The notes: generated by a model from the letters alone, not told the origin. A DNA stretch of 30,295 nt from Methanosarcinales archaeon (GCA_030672345.1 DAOVGO010000037.1:1-30295); one strand, 5' to 3'. Positions 1 to 7,902 are shown, numbered from the stretch's first letter. A program made the numbers and translations.

Positions 1-123
1 ACGGTTGCAGATATCGCAGAAAAGGTCGAAACCGCGGGAATAGAGCGATCAGCCATGATCCTGATCGGCGATGTCGTGCATCCGACAAGTTTCAGGAGGT
101 CGCACCTATACGGATCGCAGTGA
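1..123 (+). CDS. cbiF: Cobalt-precorrin-4 C11-methyltransferase, 3' end (partial, runs off the window start)
   Basis: Frame 1 reads [40 protein letters not shown], matching the CbiF/CobM C-terminus. The TGA overlaps the GTG of cbiG. Confidence 0.85.
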   Translation, partial: TVADIAEKVETAGIERSAMILIGDVVHPTSFRRSHLYGSQ

Positions 124-461
124 TCTCCTTTGAGCGAAACCGGGCGGTTGCAGAGCGCGTCGCGGGGCTTGTTGGCGGCGAGGTGATCTGGTACTCTGAC
201 CATGCGTTTGCGGATGTGTTTTCACAGGACTCCGGGTATGATGCGATTGTTGCAATTATGTCCTGCGGGATCGCTGTTCGGATGATTGCGCCGCATCTGT
301 CGAGTAAATGGACTGATCCTGCTGTTGTGGTGGTTGATTGTGCGCTTCGTCACGCGATTGCGGTTACTGGCGGGCATCACGGTGCGAATGAGATTGCGAC
401 AAGGCTTGAGGTGCTTGGTGCGGATCCGGTGATCACGAATGCAAGCGAGGTTGTGAAGTGA
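120..461 (+). CDS. cbiG: CbiG N-terminal domain only (cobalt-precorrin-5A hydrolase; probably truncated)
   Basis: Motifs [32 protein letters not shown] and PVIT. It ends at 113 aa with no central or C-terminal domain. Confidence 0.8.
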   Translation: MISFERNRAVAERVAGLVGGEVIWYSDHAFADVFSQDSGYDAIVAIMSCGIAVRMIAPHLSSKWTDPAVVVVDCALRHAIAVTGGHHGANEIATRLEVLGADPVITNASEVVK

Positions 462-625
462 GTGAGTGGGAGGGATTGCTCTCGGAACACTGGCTTATGG
501 TCCTGAAGTGTGATTGGGGGTGTGCGGCGAAAGGGTGGGCATGAGACTGATGAACATCTTTAAATGCCGGATAACAGATGTAACAAAAAACACAATAGTT
601 TGTTACAATTGTTACAGGTGAGATT

Positions 626-784
626 ATGCCAAAACCAAATCCTTTTACTCCTAAATCGGGATGGGAACCAAAAATATTCGCAGGGCGGAAAGATGAATTT
701 GAATTTTTGGATAAGAAATTGGAAGAAGCCAGGAATGGTAGATCCGATCATTTTCTGGTTCTTGGTGAATGGGGTATCGGGTAG
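626..784 (+). pseudogene. 5' stub of an archaeal AAA/ATPase_2-type ATPase, truncated in Walker A
   Basis: Not in the ORF track. ATG626 follows a GGTGA RBS and reads MPKPNPFTPKSGWEPKIFAGRKDEFEFLDKKLEEARNGRSDHFLVLGEWGIG*. The NPF...FAGR..E and LVxGxxGIG(KT) motifs are present. Confidence 0.8.
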
Positions 785-844
785 GTTCGAGTATCGTAGC
801 GATCGATAAAACTAGCAACCCCCCTGCACAGGCTTTGTACTTAA

Positions 845-1099
845 GGGACTGTCACAAAATAACATGGTCAGGTTAAACCTCCTTAAACACATTCACAATA
901 CCAAATAACATTCGTGTAATTCGTACAATTCGTGTCATTCGTGTTTTATTTGTAGGATTCTCCATAAAAAGTGATTAAATCACAAATTTCACGAATGGGG
1001 CAAATGCCACGAATCTCAATTGAGTTATTGCGACGTTGACACCACCACAAAAAACAATCCCATGTGATCTATATGACCATGTTATTTCAATACGACACC
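845..1099. mobile_element. MITE-like non-autonomous element
   Basis: A perfect 14-bp inverted repeat, AAATAACATGGTCA (857-870) / TGACCATGTTATTT (1074-1087), sits in longer imperfect ends flanked by CTTAAG and CTAAG. There is no ORF inside. Confidence 0.55.
910..1014. repeat. Two opposed arrays of 9-bp periodic repeats (ATTCGTG x4; CACGAAT-like x4)
   Basis: Units start at 910, 919, 928 and 937. Inverse units start at 981, 990, 999 and 1008. Confidence 0.8.
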
Positions 1100-1166
1100 T
1101 AAGTGTGGGTTTTGGTTACTTTATACTTTATAAACCCATGAAAATATCCCATGTTACCAGAAAAAC

Positions 1167-2402
1167 TTACATGATTCCTCGGATCCTTTCCCAATCACTC
1201 ACTGTAATCCTCTGACCCGCCTGATGATTGAAACTGCCAAGAACTTCTCGTATTTTTTCTAAATCAATACATTCAGGTATTTCTTTAATTTCCTCAAACG
1301 AGTACGCGGTAACGGTTGATTTGCCTTCTGTGTATGTTTTGTATTCGTCATCTTTGAAAGCAGATTGACGGCTATATTTTTTCCAGATATCATTTGGTTC
1401 GCCGCTGGATAAGTTTTTGATTATGGTATATCCTTTTATTCCCATGATCGGCGAAGTGACATAAAACAATAAGACCTGTCCATGGTCAACTCCAAGAGAT
1501 ATTCCCCCGCCTCTGAGATAAACACGATCTTTTTTCTCTAATAGGTTGTTTAAATATTTCGGTTTTATGATCGCGATTAACCCTGCAACTTCTTCAGGGG
1601 ATTTTGGCAGACTTAAACCAGAAAGTTCTTCTAATTTATCACAATCTATAAGCGTGACACCTTTTTCATTGGCGTAATCTTTTGCCGAATCTGTGAAAAA
1701 TGGTGCGAAACAAAATGGTACACCTTTAACCATTCCAGATTCGTGGAGTGATTGGAGTCGTCCTCTGTCAACTTCCTTGCCCAATTCCTCATCCATAAAT
1801 ACCGTTGCAACAATGTCCATTGCATTATCAAATTTCTTATATAAATAACACTCTCGTTTAGTTAACTCCTTTTCATGTTGAAAGCCCCATAAACATTCCA
1901 TAACCCATTTGGAGATCGCAACCCAGTCATATTCACCAATATATCTAACAGGTAGCCTTTTTATCAACAGATAACTCTCTTTCCCCCTACCATAAAAATC
2001 CCCTCTTGACTGAAACTCAAATCCTTTTTTCAGAAAAAATCTAGCAGTATCAATTTCGCTAACATAGGCATCGACTTGTATTTGCGTATAGCCTTGCTCT
2101 ATGCAATAGTTTTCGATGTAATCCAAAAGTTTGGATCCATTACCCTCTTTTCTAAATTCTGGGCATATGTAGAAGTTTTTTAACTCGACTGTTCCACTTG
2201 CTGTAACCCGGATAACCCCATCTCCACCAAGTTTTTCAGCAAATAATCCAAAGGCACGTTTCTTACCATCTTTTATTTCTCTAATAGTATTTTCAACCCA
2301 ATCTGCATAATCCGGATAATGCAAATCTTGAGATAACAAAATCTCTTCCAGCTCTTGAATCTCCTCTTCAGATATTATCCGATCAGGATATCCTTCAGCC
2401 AT
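1167..2402 (-). CDS. GNAT acetyltransferase + Mrr-like restriction-endonuclease-fold domain + ASCH/EVE (PUA-like) domain fusion
   Basis: GNAT part: HYPDYADW, ELKNFYICPEFRKEGNGSKLL, FFLKKGF. Middle part: FTDSAKDYANEKGVTLIDCDKLEEL, resembling the Mrr_cat C-terminus. C-terminal part: IIKPKY...LLFYVTSP...IKGY...IWKKY...EYKTY. ATG is at 2402; the track starts at TTG 2408. Confidence 0.75.
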   Translation of the reverse strand: MAEGYPDRIISEEEIQELEEILLSQDLHYPDYADWVENTIREIKDGKKRAFGLFAEKLGGDGVIRVTASGTVELKNFYICPEFRKEGNGSKLLDYIENYCIEQGYTQIQVDAYVSEIDTARFFLKKGFEFQSRGDFYGRGKESYLLIKRLPVRYIGEYDWVAISKWVMECLWGFQHEKELTKRECYLYKKFDNAMDIVATVFMDEELGKEVDRGRLQSLHESGMVKGVPFCFAPFFTDSAKDYANEKGVTLIDCDKLEELSGLSLPKSPEEVAGLIAIIKPKYLNNLLEKKDRVYLRGGGISLGVDHGQVLLFYVTSPIMGIKGYTIIKNLSSGEPNDIWKKYSRQSAFKDDEYKTYTEGKSTVTAYSFEEIKEIPECIDLEKIREVLGSFNHQAGQRITVSDWERIRGIM

Positions 2403-2404
2403 GC

Positions 2405-2818
2405 TCAACCCTCTTCAACGATTCTTATTTTAAATAAAATAAATTTATTATATTTATCTTTATAGTTTTTGACAAACGCCATAACATTGGGATCGTTGCG
2501 GACGGTTGGTGGTATTGTTTCATCAAATATAGTAGATGGTATCTCTTTAAAAGAGTGAACTACCAAGCGATCTGTAATGAGCCCCCATAGTGGATCGGAT
2601 TTGTAACCTCGCCTTAACTCAACCGTTCGACCTTCTCTTATAGTCTTGATATTAAATATGTCATTGATCCCACGTAGCTCCCAGTGCTTCTTTCCTTCAC
2701 GGAACAATCGATACCATGTCTCATCCAATGGTAAAAATAATCGATTATTCTTTTTTATTTTATCAATTTGCTCAGGCAACTCGAAGAAATGATGAAGTTT
2801 AAGTTGGTCTGATTGCAT
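2405..2818 (-). CDS. ASCH-domain protein
   Basis: LFLPLDETWYRLFREGKKHWELR contains the ASCH GxKxxExR motif. Its stop lies 2 nt before the next ATG. Confidence 0.75.
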   Translation of the reverse strand: MQSDQLKLHHFFELPEQIDKIKKNNRLFLPLDETWYRLFREGKKHWELRGINDIFNIKTIREGRTVELRRGYKSDPLWGLITDRLVVHSFKEIPSTIFDETIPPTVRNDPNVMAFVKNYKDKYNKFILFKIRIVEEG

Positions 2819-3206
2819 AATAAATAGTACATATCAATAGTATATCAATGTTGCTTCAAACACGGATAACAACGCCAGAAGGCGCAGGCACAAAGGATGT
2901 TGTGCCACAATCGTGGTCGGATTTTGCAGTGCCGGACACTCCGATGACAGAGCGCACCCAACACATGGCGGGGAGCGTGGTATTGTTATTAAGCCAGAAG
3001 GTAGTGTGCCTGTGCACCAGCGAACTGGACGTTGAACCTGTAAACTGGCAGCCACCCGACACGCGGAGCGGACACCAAACGTAAAACCGATAGCGACACC
3101 CCCTTTTTTTGTGATCCACGCCTCTCGCCCATAAGCCGCCAAAAAATGTATGTACGATTCAAAACCACCGATGCGATCAGCACACAACGGCTTGCGTGAT
3201 GCTCAC

Positions 3207-3372
3207 TTATGCCCAAGCCCCCATCGCCGCCCCCGCCCCACGGACCACGAGAGCACCCCGCAGTATCAGCCCGCCGCCCACCAGCACGCTTGACGTGATC
3301 TGCCGGCTCAGGATGATTGTGGCAAAGACCACGGCGCTTGCGGGCTCCAGAAGCGCGATGATGCTTGCATTC
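3207..3372 (-). pseudogene. 3' remnant of an EamA/DMT-family transporter
   Basis: The minus frame reads NASIIALLEPASAVVFATIILSRQITSSVLVGGGLILRGALVV...WA*, with no start or N-terminus. Confidence 0.7.
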
Positions 3373-3376
3373 CGGG

Positions 3377-3412
3377 CTAATAGATTATCGGCGAAGCATC
3401 AAGTACTGCCAT
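3377..3412 (-). pseudogene. 5' stub of a DUF3368-like PIN toxin
   Basis: The ATG overlaps the antitoxin stop (TGATG). It reads MAVLDASPIIY*, the PIN xxDAS(P)I start, then breaks off. Confidence 0.65.
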
Positions 3413-3708
3413 CAGCCCTCTAAATCTTTAATCACGTCTTCCGGTTCCATTTTAATCGCTATGTCCATCTGGGAAGATAAATCCAGCATCTCAACGTACG
3501 TGACTTCAGCAATCCGGGCAGCCCTGCGAAGCGTTACCTTACCATCACGCAGAAGATTCAGTGCCCTCTCCATTTTCCAATGCTTTGCAGCGCTGGATAA
3601 TAGTCTCCTTACAACTTCTGTTCTGTCGATCTCTTCCACTTCACCTATCTCTTCTATCTCCCTGAGTAGATCCTCAGGAACATGGGCTGTGATTGTCCCA
3701 GCATTCAT
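3412..3708 (-). CDS. UPF0175-family antitoxin (RHH/HTH)
   Basis: Reads ITAHVPEDLLREIEEIGEVEEIDRTEVVRRLL...VTLRRAARIAEV. There is a GGTGA RBS before ATG 3708. Confidence 0.85.
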   Translation of the reverse strand: MNAGTITAHVPEDLLREIEEIGEVEEIDRTEVVRRLLSSAAKHWKMERALNLLRDGKVTLRRAARIAEVTYVEMLDLSSQMDIAIKMEPEDVIKDLEG

Positions 3709-3912
3709 CTGATCACCAATATAATTTAAATGAATGTGATGCCTCATAAAAGCATCGCAGAATCATATCTTCCCCTTGCCCCCTGTAACAAACCCCCCTA
3801 CTTAACCTGCCCATAAACTCCCGCGTCCAATTACAGCACCCCCCGCAGCGCTATATTATGCAATCTCGCTTATCGGCAGGCATCACGACGCAAACAAGAT
3901 CGCGACACGGGC

Positions 3913-5373
3913 TCACTCCCCCACTACATGAGTCTTGATCAGATTGGTAGTCCCGGCAGAGAAGATGGGTACACCTGCTGTGAGCACCACCCGGTCACCA
4001 ATGTTCACGAACCCGGCATACATCGCGGACCGTATCGATGCCGCAACCATCTCGTCGGTGTTCTCGGTCACCAGCGGGAGCATCTGCGGGACAACGCCCC
4101 AGATAAGCGCAAGCCTGCGGAATGTTACCTCGTCAGGCGTCACAGCGACGATCGGCGTCTCGGGACGGTACCTCGAGACGACCCTTGCCGTGCTTCCGGA
4201 GTATGTGGTAGTAATGATCGCCGCAGCACCCAGATCCTGCGCAAGCTGGCACACGGCACGACCGATGCCCTGCTCGACCGGGAGCGATGCCGTTTCTGCG
4301 CGTTTGCGCACGTCACGCCCTGGTAACGTGGGTTCGGTAATATTTGCGATTTTATCCATCATAATAAGGCTCTCGACCGGATATTTTCCGGATGCGGTCT
4401 CGCCTGAGAGCATAATCGCATCAGTCCCGTCCAGTATGGCGTTCGCAACATCTGTCGCCTCGGCACGGGTCGGGATCGCCTCATGGATCATCGACTCGAG
4501 CATCTGGGTGGCGGTGATCACGGGTTTTCCTGCCAGATTAGCCGCCTTAATAAGTCTCTTCTGCGTAACCGGGATCTCTTCAATCGGGATCTCGACTCCA
4601 AGATCGCCTCTTGCCACCATGATCCCATCTGCCACCTCAAGAATCTCTGAAAAATTATCAAGTCCCTTTTTGGTCTCGATCTTGGCAATGATCGGGATAT
4701 CCGCATCATGTTCCCGGAGCGTCTGCTTGAGATCCAGGACATCGGATGCCGCCCTGACAAACGAAACCGCGATATAATCGACTCCCTGTTCTATGCCGAA
4801 CAAGACGTCCTCGACATCCTTCTCAGTGACACTCGGCGTCGAGAAATTCGCATCCGGGACACACACACCCCTTCGATCACGGATTACGCCCCCGACGATG
4901 ATTTTTGTCTCAACATATCCGCCGCCGGTTTTCAGAATCGACAGCCGGATCAGACCGTCATCGACCAGGATCGTCTGACCCTCGGAGACCTCCCGATCAA
5001 AGAACGGATAGTTCACAGCGATCATCTGTCGGGTCACGCTGCCAGCGCTCGCAGAATCTGTCGAATCTATGCTTGCCGGGTCCGTGCAGATCGTCAGGTC
5101 ATCGCCCGCATGTAAAACCATATCCCCGCCACCCGGATTTCCGGTCCTGATCTTCGGACCCTGAATATCCATCATGATGGCGGTGGGAGTCTTGTTTTCA
5201 TCGGTCAGCTCTCGGATCATCCGTATCCGGTCCCTGTGCCACTCATGCGTACCATGCGACATATTGAGCCTGACTACGTCCACTCCGTGACGGATTATCC
5301 GGTTCAGGACGTCACGCGACTCAGTCGCAGGACCGATGGTGCACACAATCTTAGTTCTTCGTCTATGAGCCAT
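3913..5373 (-). CDS. pyk: Pyruvate kinase
   Basis: Motifs RRTKIVCTIGP, RLNMSHG, IAKIE, MVARGDLG, TATQMLESM and MLSGETA. Start reassigned to MAHRRRTK (5373). Confidence 0.97.
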   Translation of the reverse strand: MAHRRRTKIVCTIGPATESRDVLNRIIRHGVDVVRLNMSHGTHEWHRDRIRMIRELTDENKTPTAIMMDIQGPKIRTGNPGGGDMVLHAGDDLTICTDPASIDSTDSASAGSVTRQMIAVNYPFFDREVSEGQTILVDDGLIRLSILKTGGGYVETKIIVGGVIRDRRGVCVPDANFSTPSVTEKDVEDVLFGIEQGVDYIAVSFVRAASDVLDLKQTLREHDADIPIIAKIETKKGLDNFSEILEVADGIMVARGDLGVEIPIEEIPVTQKRLIKAANLAGKPVITATQMLESMIHEAIPTRAEATDVANAILDGTDAIMLSGETASGKYPVESLIMMDKIANITEPTLPGRDVRKRAETASLPVEQGIGRAVCQLAQDLGAAAIITTTYSGSTARVVSRYRPETPIVAVTPDEVTFRRLALIWGVVPQMLPLVTENTDEMVAASIRSAMYAGFVNIGDRVVLTAGVPIFSAGTTNLIKTHVVGE

Positions 5374-5533
5374 ATTTCCCACGTGTGATCTTTGAACCTC
5401 CTCGGATATATGGTTTGGCGTCCCCGACCATAGCGCAAAGCACGGAAAACGCCTGATGCCGCAGACCCGATCATGGCATAAAGCCATTGGCACCCACGTA
5501 AGTATTACAATGCCTGCACACCGATCATGATCC

Positions 5534-6166
5534 ATGGTCGAGTCCCAGATATCTCCGCTCATCGCATTTGTCGCGGGAATTGCAAGCGTGCTGTCGCCGT
5601 GCGTACTCCCGCTGCTGCCCGCAATCATGGCATACTCTGTCGAAACCGGAAAACTGCGACCCATAGCGATCGTATCCGGATTATGCATCTCTTTTACGAC
5701 GATGGGTGTGATAACGTCCGCATTCGGCTCGGTTGTCTATAAATATCTCGGATATATGGAAACTGTCGCCGAAATCACCATTATCTTGCTTGGACTGGTT
5801 ATGATCTTAGATATCCCGATCTTTGATAGATTTGGGACGCTTGCGCCGCAGAATATGCCCCGCGATGGTTTGTTCGGCGGTCTGCTGCTTGGAATGTCAC
5901 TTGGCATCATCTGGATCCCGTGCGTCGGTCCGATACTTGGTGGCATCCTGACGATGGCTGCGCTCGACGGCAACGTCCTGCACGGGGGCATGTTGCTCTT
6001 TGTCTACTCGCTCGGGCTCGGCATCCCGATGCTCGGGGTAGCCTACCTTGCCAGCGCATCGACCGGGCGCATCAGGGCGATATCGAAGCACAGCCGGCTC
6101 ATCAGGAGGATCGCGGGATGCGTGTTGATCCTGTTTGGGATCGGGATGTGGACAGGGCTGATATGA
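5534..6166 (+). CDS. ccdA: Cytochrome c biogenesis / thiol-disulfide transporter CcdA
   Basis: Motifs SVLSPCVLPLLP and WIPCVGPILG; six hydrophobic segments. Confidence 0.93.
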   Translation: MVESQISPLIAFVAGIASVLSPCVLPLLPAIMAYSVETGKLRPIAIVSGLCISFTTMGVITSAFGSVVYKYLGYMETVAEITIILLGLVMILDIPIFDRFGTLAPQNMPRDGLFGGLLLGMSLGIIWIPCVGPILGGILTMAALDGNVLHGGMLLFVYSLGLGIPMLGVAYLASASTGRIRAISKHSRLIRRIAGCVLILFGIGMWTGLI

Positions 6167-6193
6167 CGGGGTTGATATGATTATGTATGTTAT

Positions 6194-7261
6194 GTGGCGG
6201 ATGGGGGAGTAGACCTGGGTGTAAAATGGATCGCCGCTTTTAGTAGCCTCATTCTTCTGGTTATAGCCGTGTTTCAGGTCGCAGTGGACCCCTCCCGCGA
6301 GATACCTGATCCATACTACCGGGCTATCGGACCGAACATCACGAGCGAAGCCGAACTGCGACAGAGCCTCCCGCATCTGGAGGACGCATACCAGGAGAAT
6401 TATTTCGATTGCTCGGAGATGGCTGCGCTCATCGAGTGGTATCTCGAGGGACATGGCGTCGATACGAAGATCGTCACTGGAGAACATAACCAGCCACACA
6501 ATGTCTTGGTTGGCGGGTTTGAATATAAAAACAGCACTGGAGATCATGCGTGGGTTGTATCAAACATATCAGGAAGGATTTTTCTCATCGAGCCGACCAT
6601 GGCACGCATCGTTCCGGAATCGCTTGAACGATACTACATTCCGGACGGCAGTTACCGCGACATCTATGATGTGGTGGACTCGAGCAGGTGCGCTACCGAA
6701 TACGACTGGTGGACTGTGGTGGAGATCGACTCTCCCCTGCCGTTTCCAACCCCGGTCAGGTTACCTCCGGTATCCGGGCTTGAATCGGATCTCTTTGATC
6801 TGGTGAATCAGGAACGCAAGAAAGATGGATTTTCCACCCTGACATGGAACGATGAGATCGCAGGTGCCGCCCGAGCGCACAGCAATGATCTTGCAAGCGC
6901 AGGGGGTGATGACATAGAACACGCACCCGCAGATATATTGCGGGACAAGGATATCTATTATTTTGATATTACGGTCAGCCGCACGCTTTCGATGCCAGGT
7001 CCTGTCTATAACTACGAAGAGTTCCTGAAAAACTGCATCGATGCGTGGGATAACGACGAAACAGGGCAGCAGATCACTGAACCTGATTTTGACGAGTCAG
7101 GGGTGGGCGCAGCAGTGGATCCTGCCGGGACTGTGTATTTCACCCAGATCTCGATCCGGCGGATTCACTGCGGCTACAAGAACGCACCGTGCTGCACAGA
7201 GCAAGGTTATTATCCATGGTGCTATAAACCATGGGAATGCAATCGAGGAATATGCAAATAA
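6194..7261 (+). CDS. Membrane-anchored protein: transglutaminase/papain-like domain + CAP (SCP) domain + Cys-rich tail
   Basis: N-terminal hydrophobic helix; FDCSEMA...HAWV..IEPT; LVNQERKKDG..LTWN..IAGAARAHSNDLA; GVGAA..YFTQ; a tail with six Cys. Confidence 0.65.
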   Translation: MADGGVDLGVKWIAAFSSLILLVIAVFQVAVDPSREIPDPYYRAIGPNITSEAELRQSLPHLEDAYQENYFDCSEMAALIEWYLEGHGVDTKIVTGEHNQPHNVLVGGFEYKNSTGDHAWVVSNISGRIFLIEPTMARIVPESLERYYIPDGSYRDIYDVVDSSRCATEYDWWTVVEIDSPLPFPTPVRLPPVSGLESDLFDLVNQERKKDGFSTLTWNDEIAGAARAHSNDLASAGGDDIEHAPADILRDKDIYYFDITVSRTLSMPGPVYNYEEFLKNCIDAWDNDETGQQITEPDFDESGVGAAVDPAGTVYFTQISIRRIHCGYKNAPCCTEQGYYPWCYKPWECNRGICK

Positions 7262-7284
7262 CGATGGCAAACAGGTAGATACTC

Positions 7285-7902
7285 ATGGCGATCCGCGACA
7301 TAAAACCGACACGGTCCGAACTCATAGAACTGAAAAAGAAGATCAAACTCGCAGGGGGCGGACATAAGCTGCTGAAGATGAAGCGCGACGGTCTGATCCT
7401 TGAGTTCTTTGAACTGCTCAACAAGGCAAAGGATGTCCGGTCCGAGCTCGATGCTGCTTATGCGGCTGCAAACGAGAAGATCGGGCTTGCAAAAGCCGTC
7501 GAAGGCACTGTTTCAATAAAATCGACAGCGTTTGCGCTCAAGGACATTCCAACCATCGAGCTTGAGAGCAAGAACGTGATGGGAGTGGTAGTTCCGAAGA
7601 TCGAGTCCTCGCAGATACGAAAGAACCTGTGCAAACGCGGATACGGGATCATAGGGACGAGTTCGTGCCTCGATGAAGCGGTGGAGGCGCACGAGACTCT
7701 TGTCGAGAAGATTATTGTTGCGGCTGAGATCGAGACCGCGATGAAGAAACTGCTCGATGACATCGAACAGACCAAGCGAAGGGTCAACGCGCTCGAGTTT
7801 CGGGTGATACCCGAACTAACTGAGGCAGAGCGGTTCATCGAACTGCGCCTCGAAGAGATGGAGCGTGAAAACACATTCAGACTGAAAAGGATCAAGGCAT
7901 GA
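7285..7902 (+). CDS. atpD: A/V-type ATP synthase subunit D
   Basis: Motifs KPTRSELIELK, GHKLLKMKRD and TKRRVNALEF.VIP. Confidence 0.96.
   Translation: MAIRDIKPTRSELIELKKKIKLAGGGHKLLKMKRDGLILEFFELLNKAKDVRSELDAAYAAANEKIGLAKAVEGTVSIKSTAFALKDIPTIELESKNVMGVVVPKIESSQIRKNLCKRGYGIIGTSSCLDEAVEAHETLVEKIIVAAEIETAMKKLLDDIEQTKRRVNALEFRVIPELTEAERFIELRLEEMERENTFRLKRIKA

Noticed and set aside
564-809. Track ORFs 564..809 (+) and 560..751 (-)
   Set aside because: They are alternative frames over the ATPase stub and have no recognisable motifs.
779-816. Rejoining GIG to a downstream AAA ACT AGC (KTS) to restore Walker A, or reading the TAG as Pyl
   Set aside because: The sequence after KTS (NPPAQAL...) is not ATPase-like and stops soon, so this is likely coincidence.
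910-1014. CRISPR array
   Set aside because: The units are 9 bp with no spacers, and there are no cas genes.
2834-3216. Overlapping short ORFs of 75-117 aa
   Set aside because: No motifs, mutually overlapping, and no RBS support.
5374-5688. 105-aa N-terminal extension of pyk (likewise extensions of suhB, the EMC6-like gene and taw2)
   Set aside because: They overlap divergent genes or precede the family-typical start; these are artefacts of longest-ORF calling.
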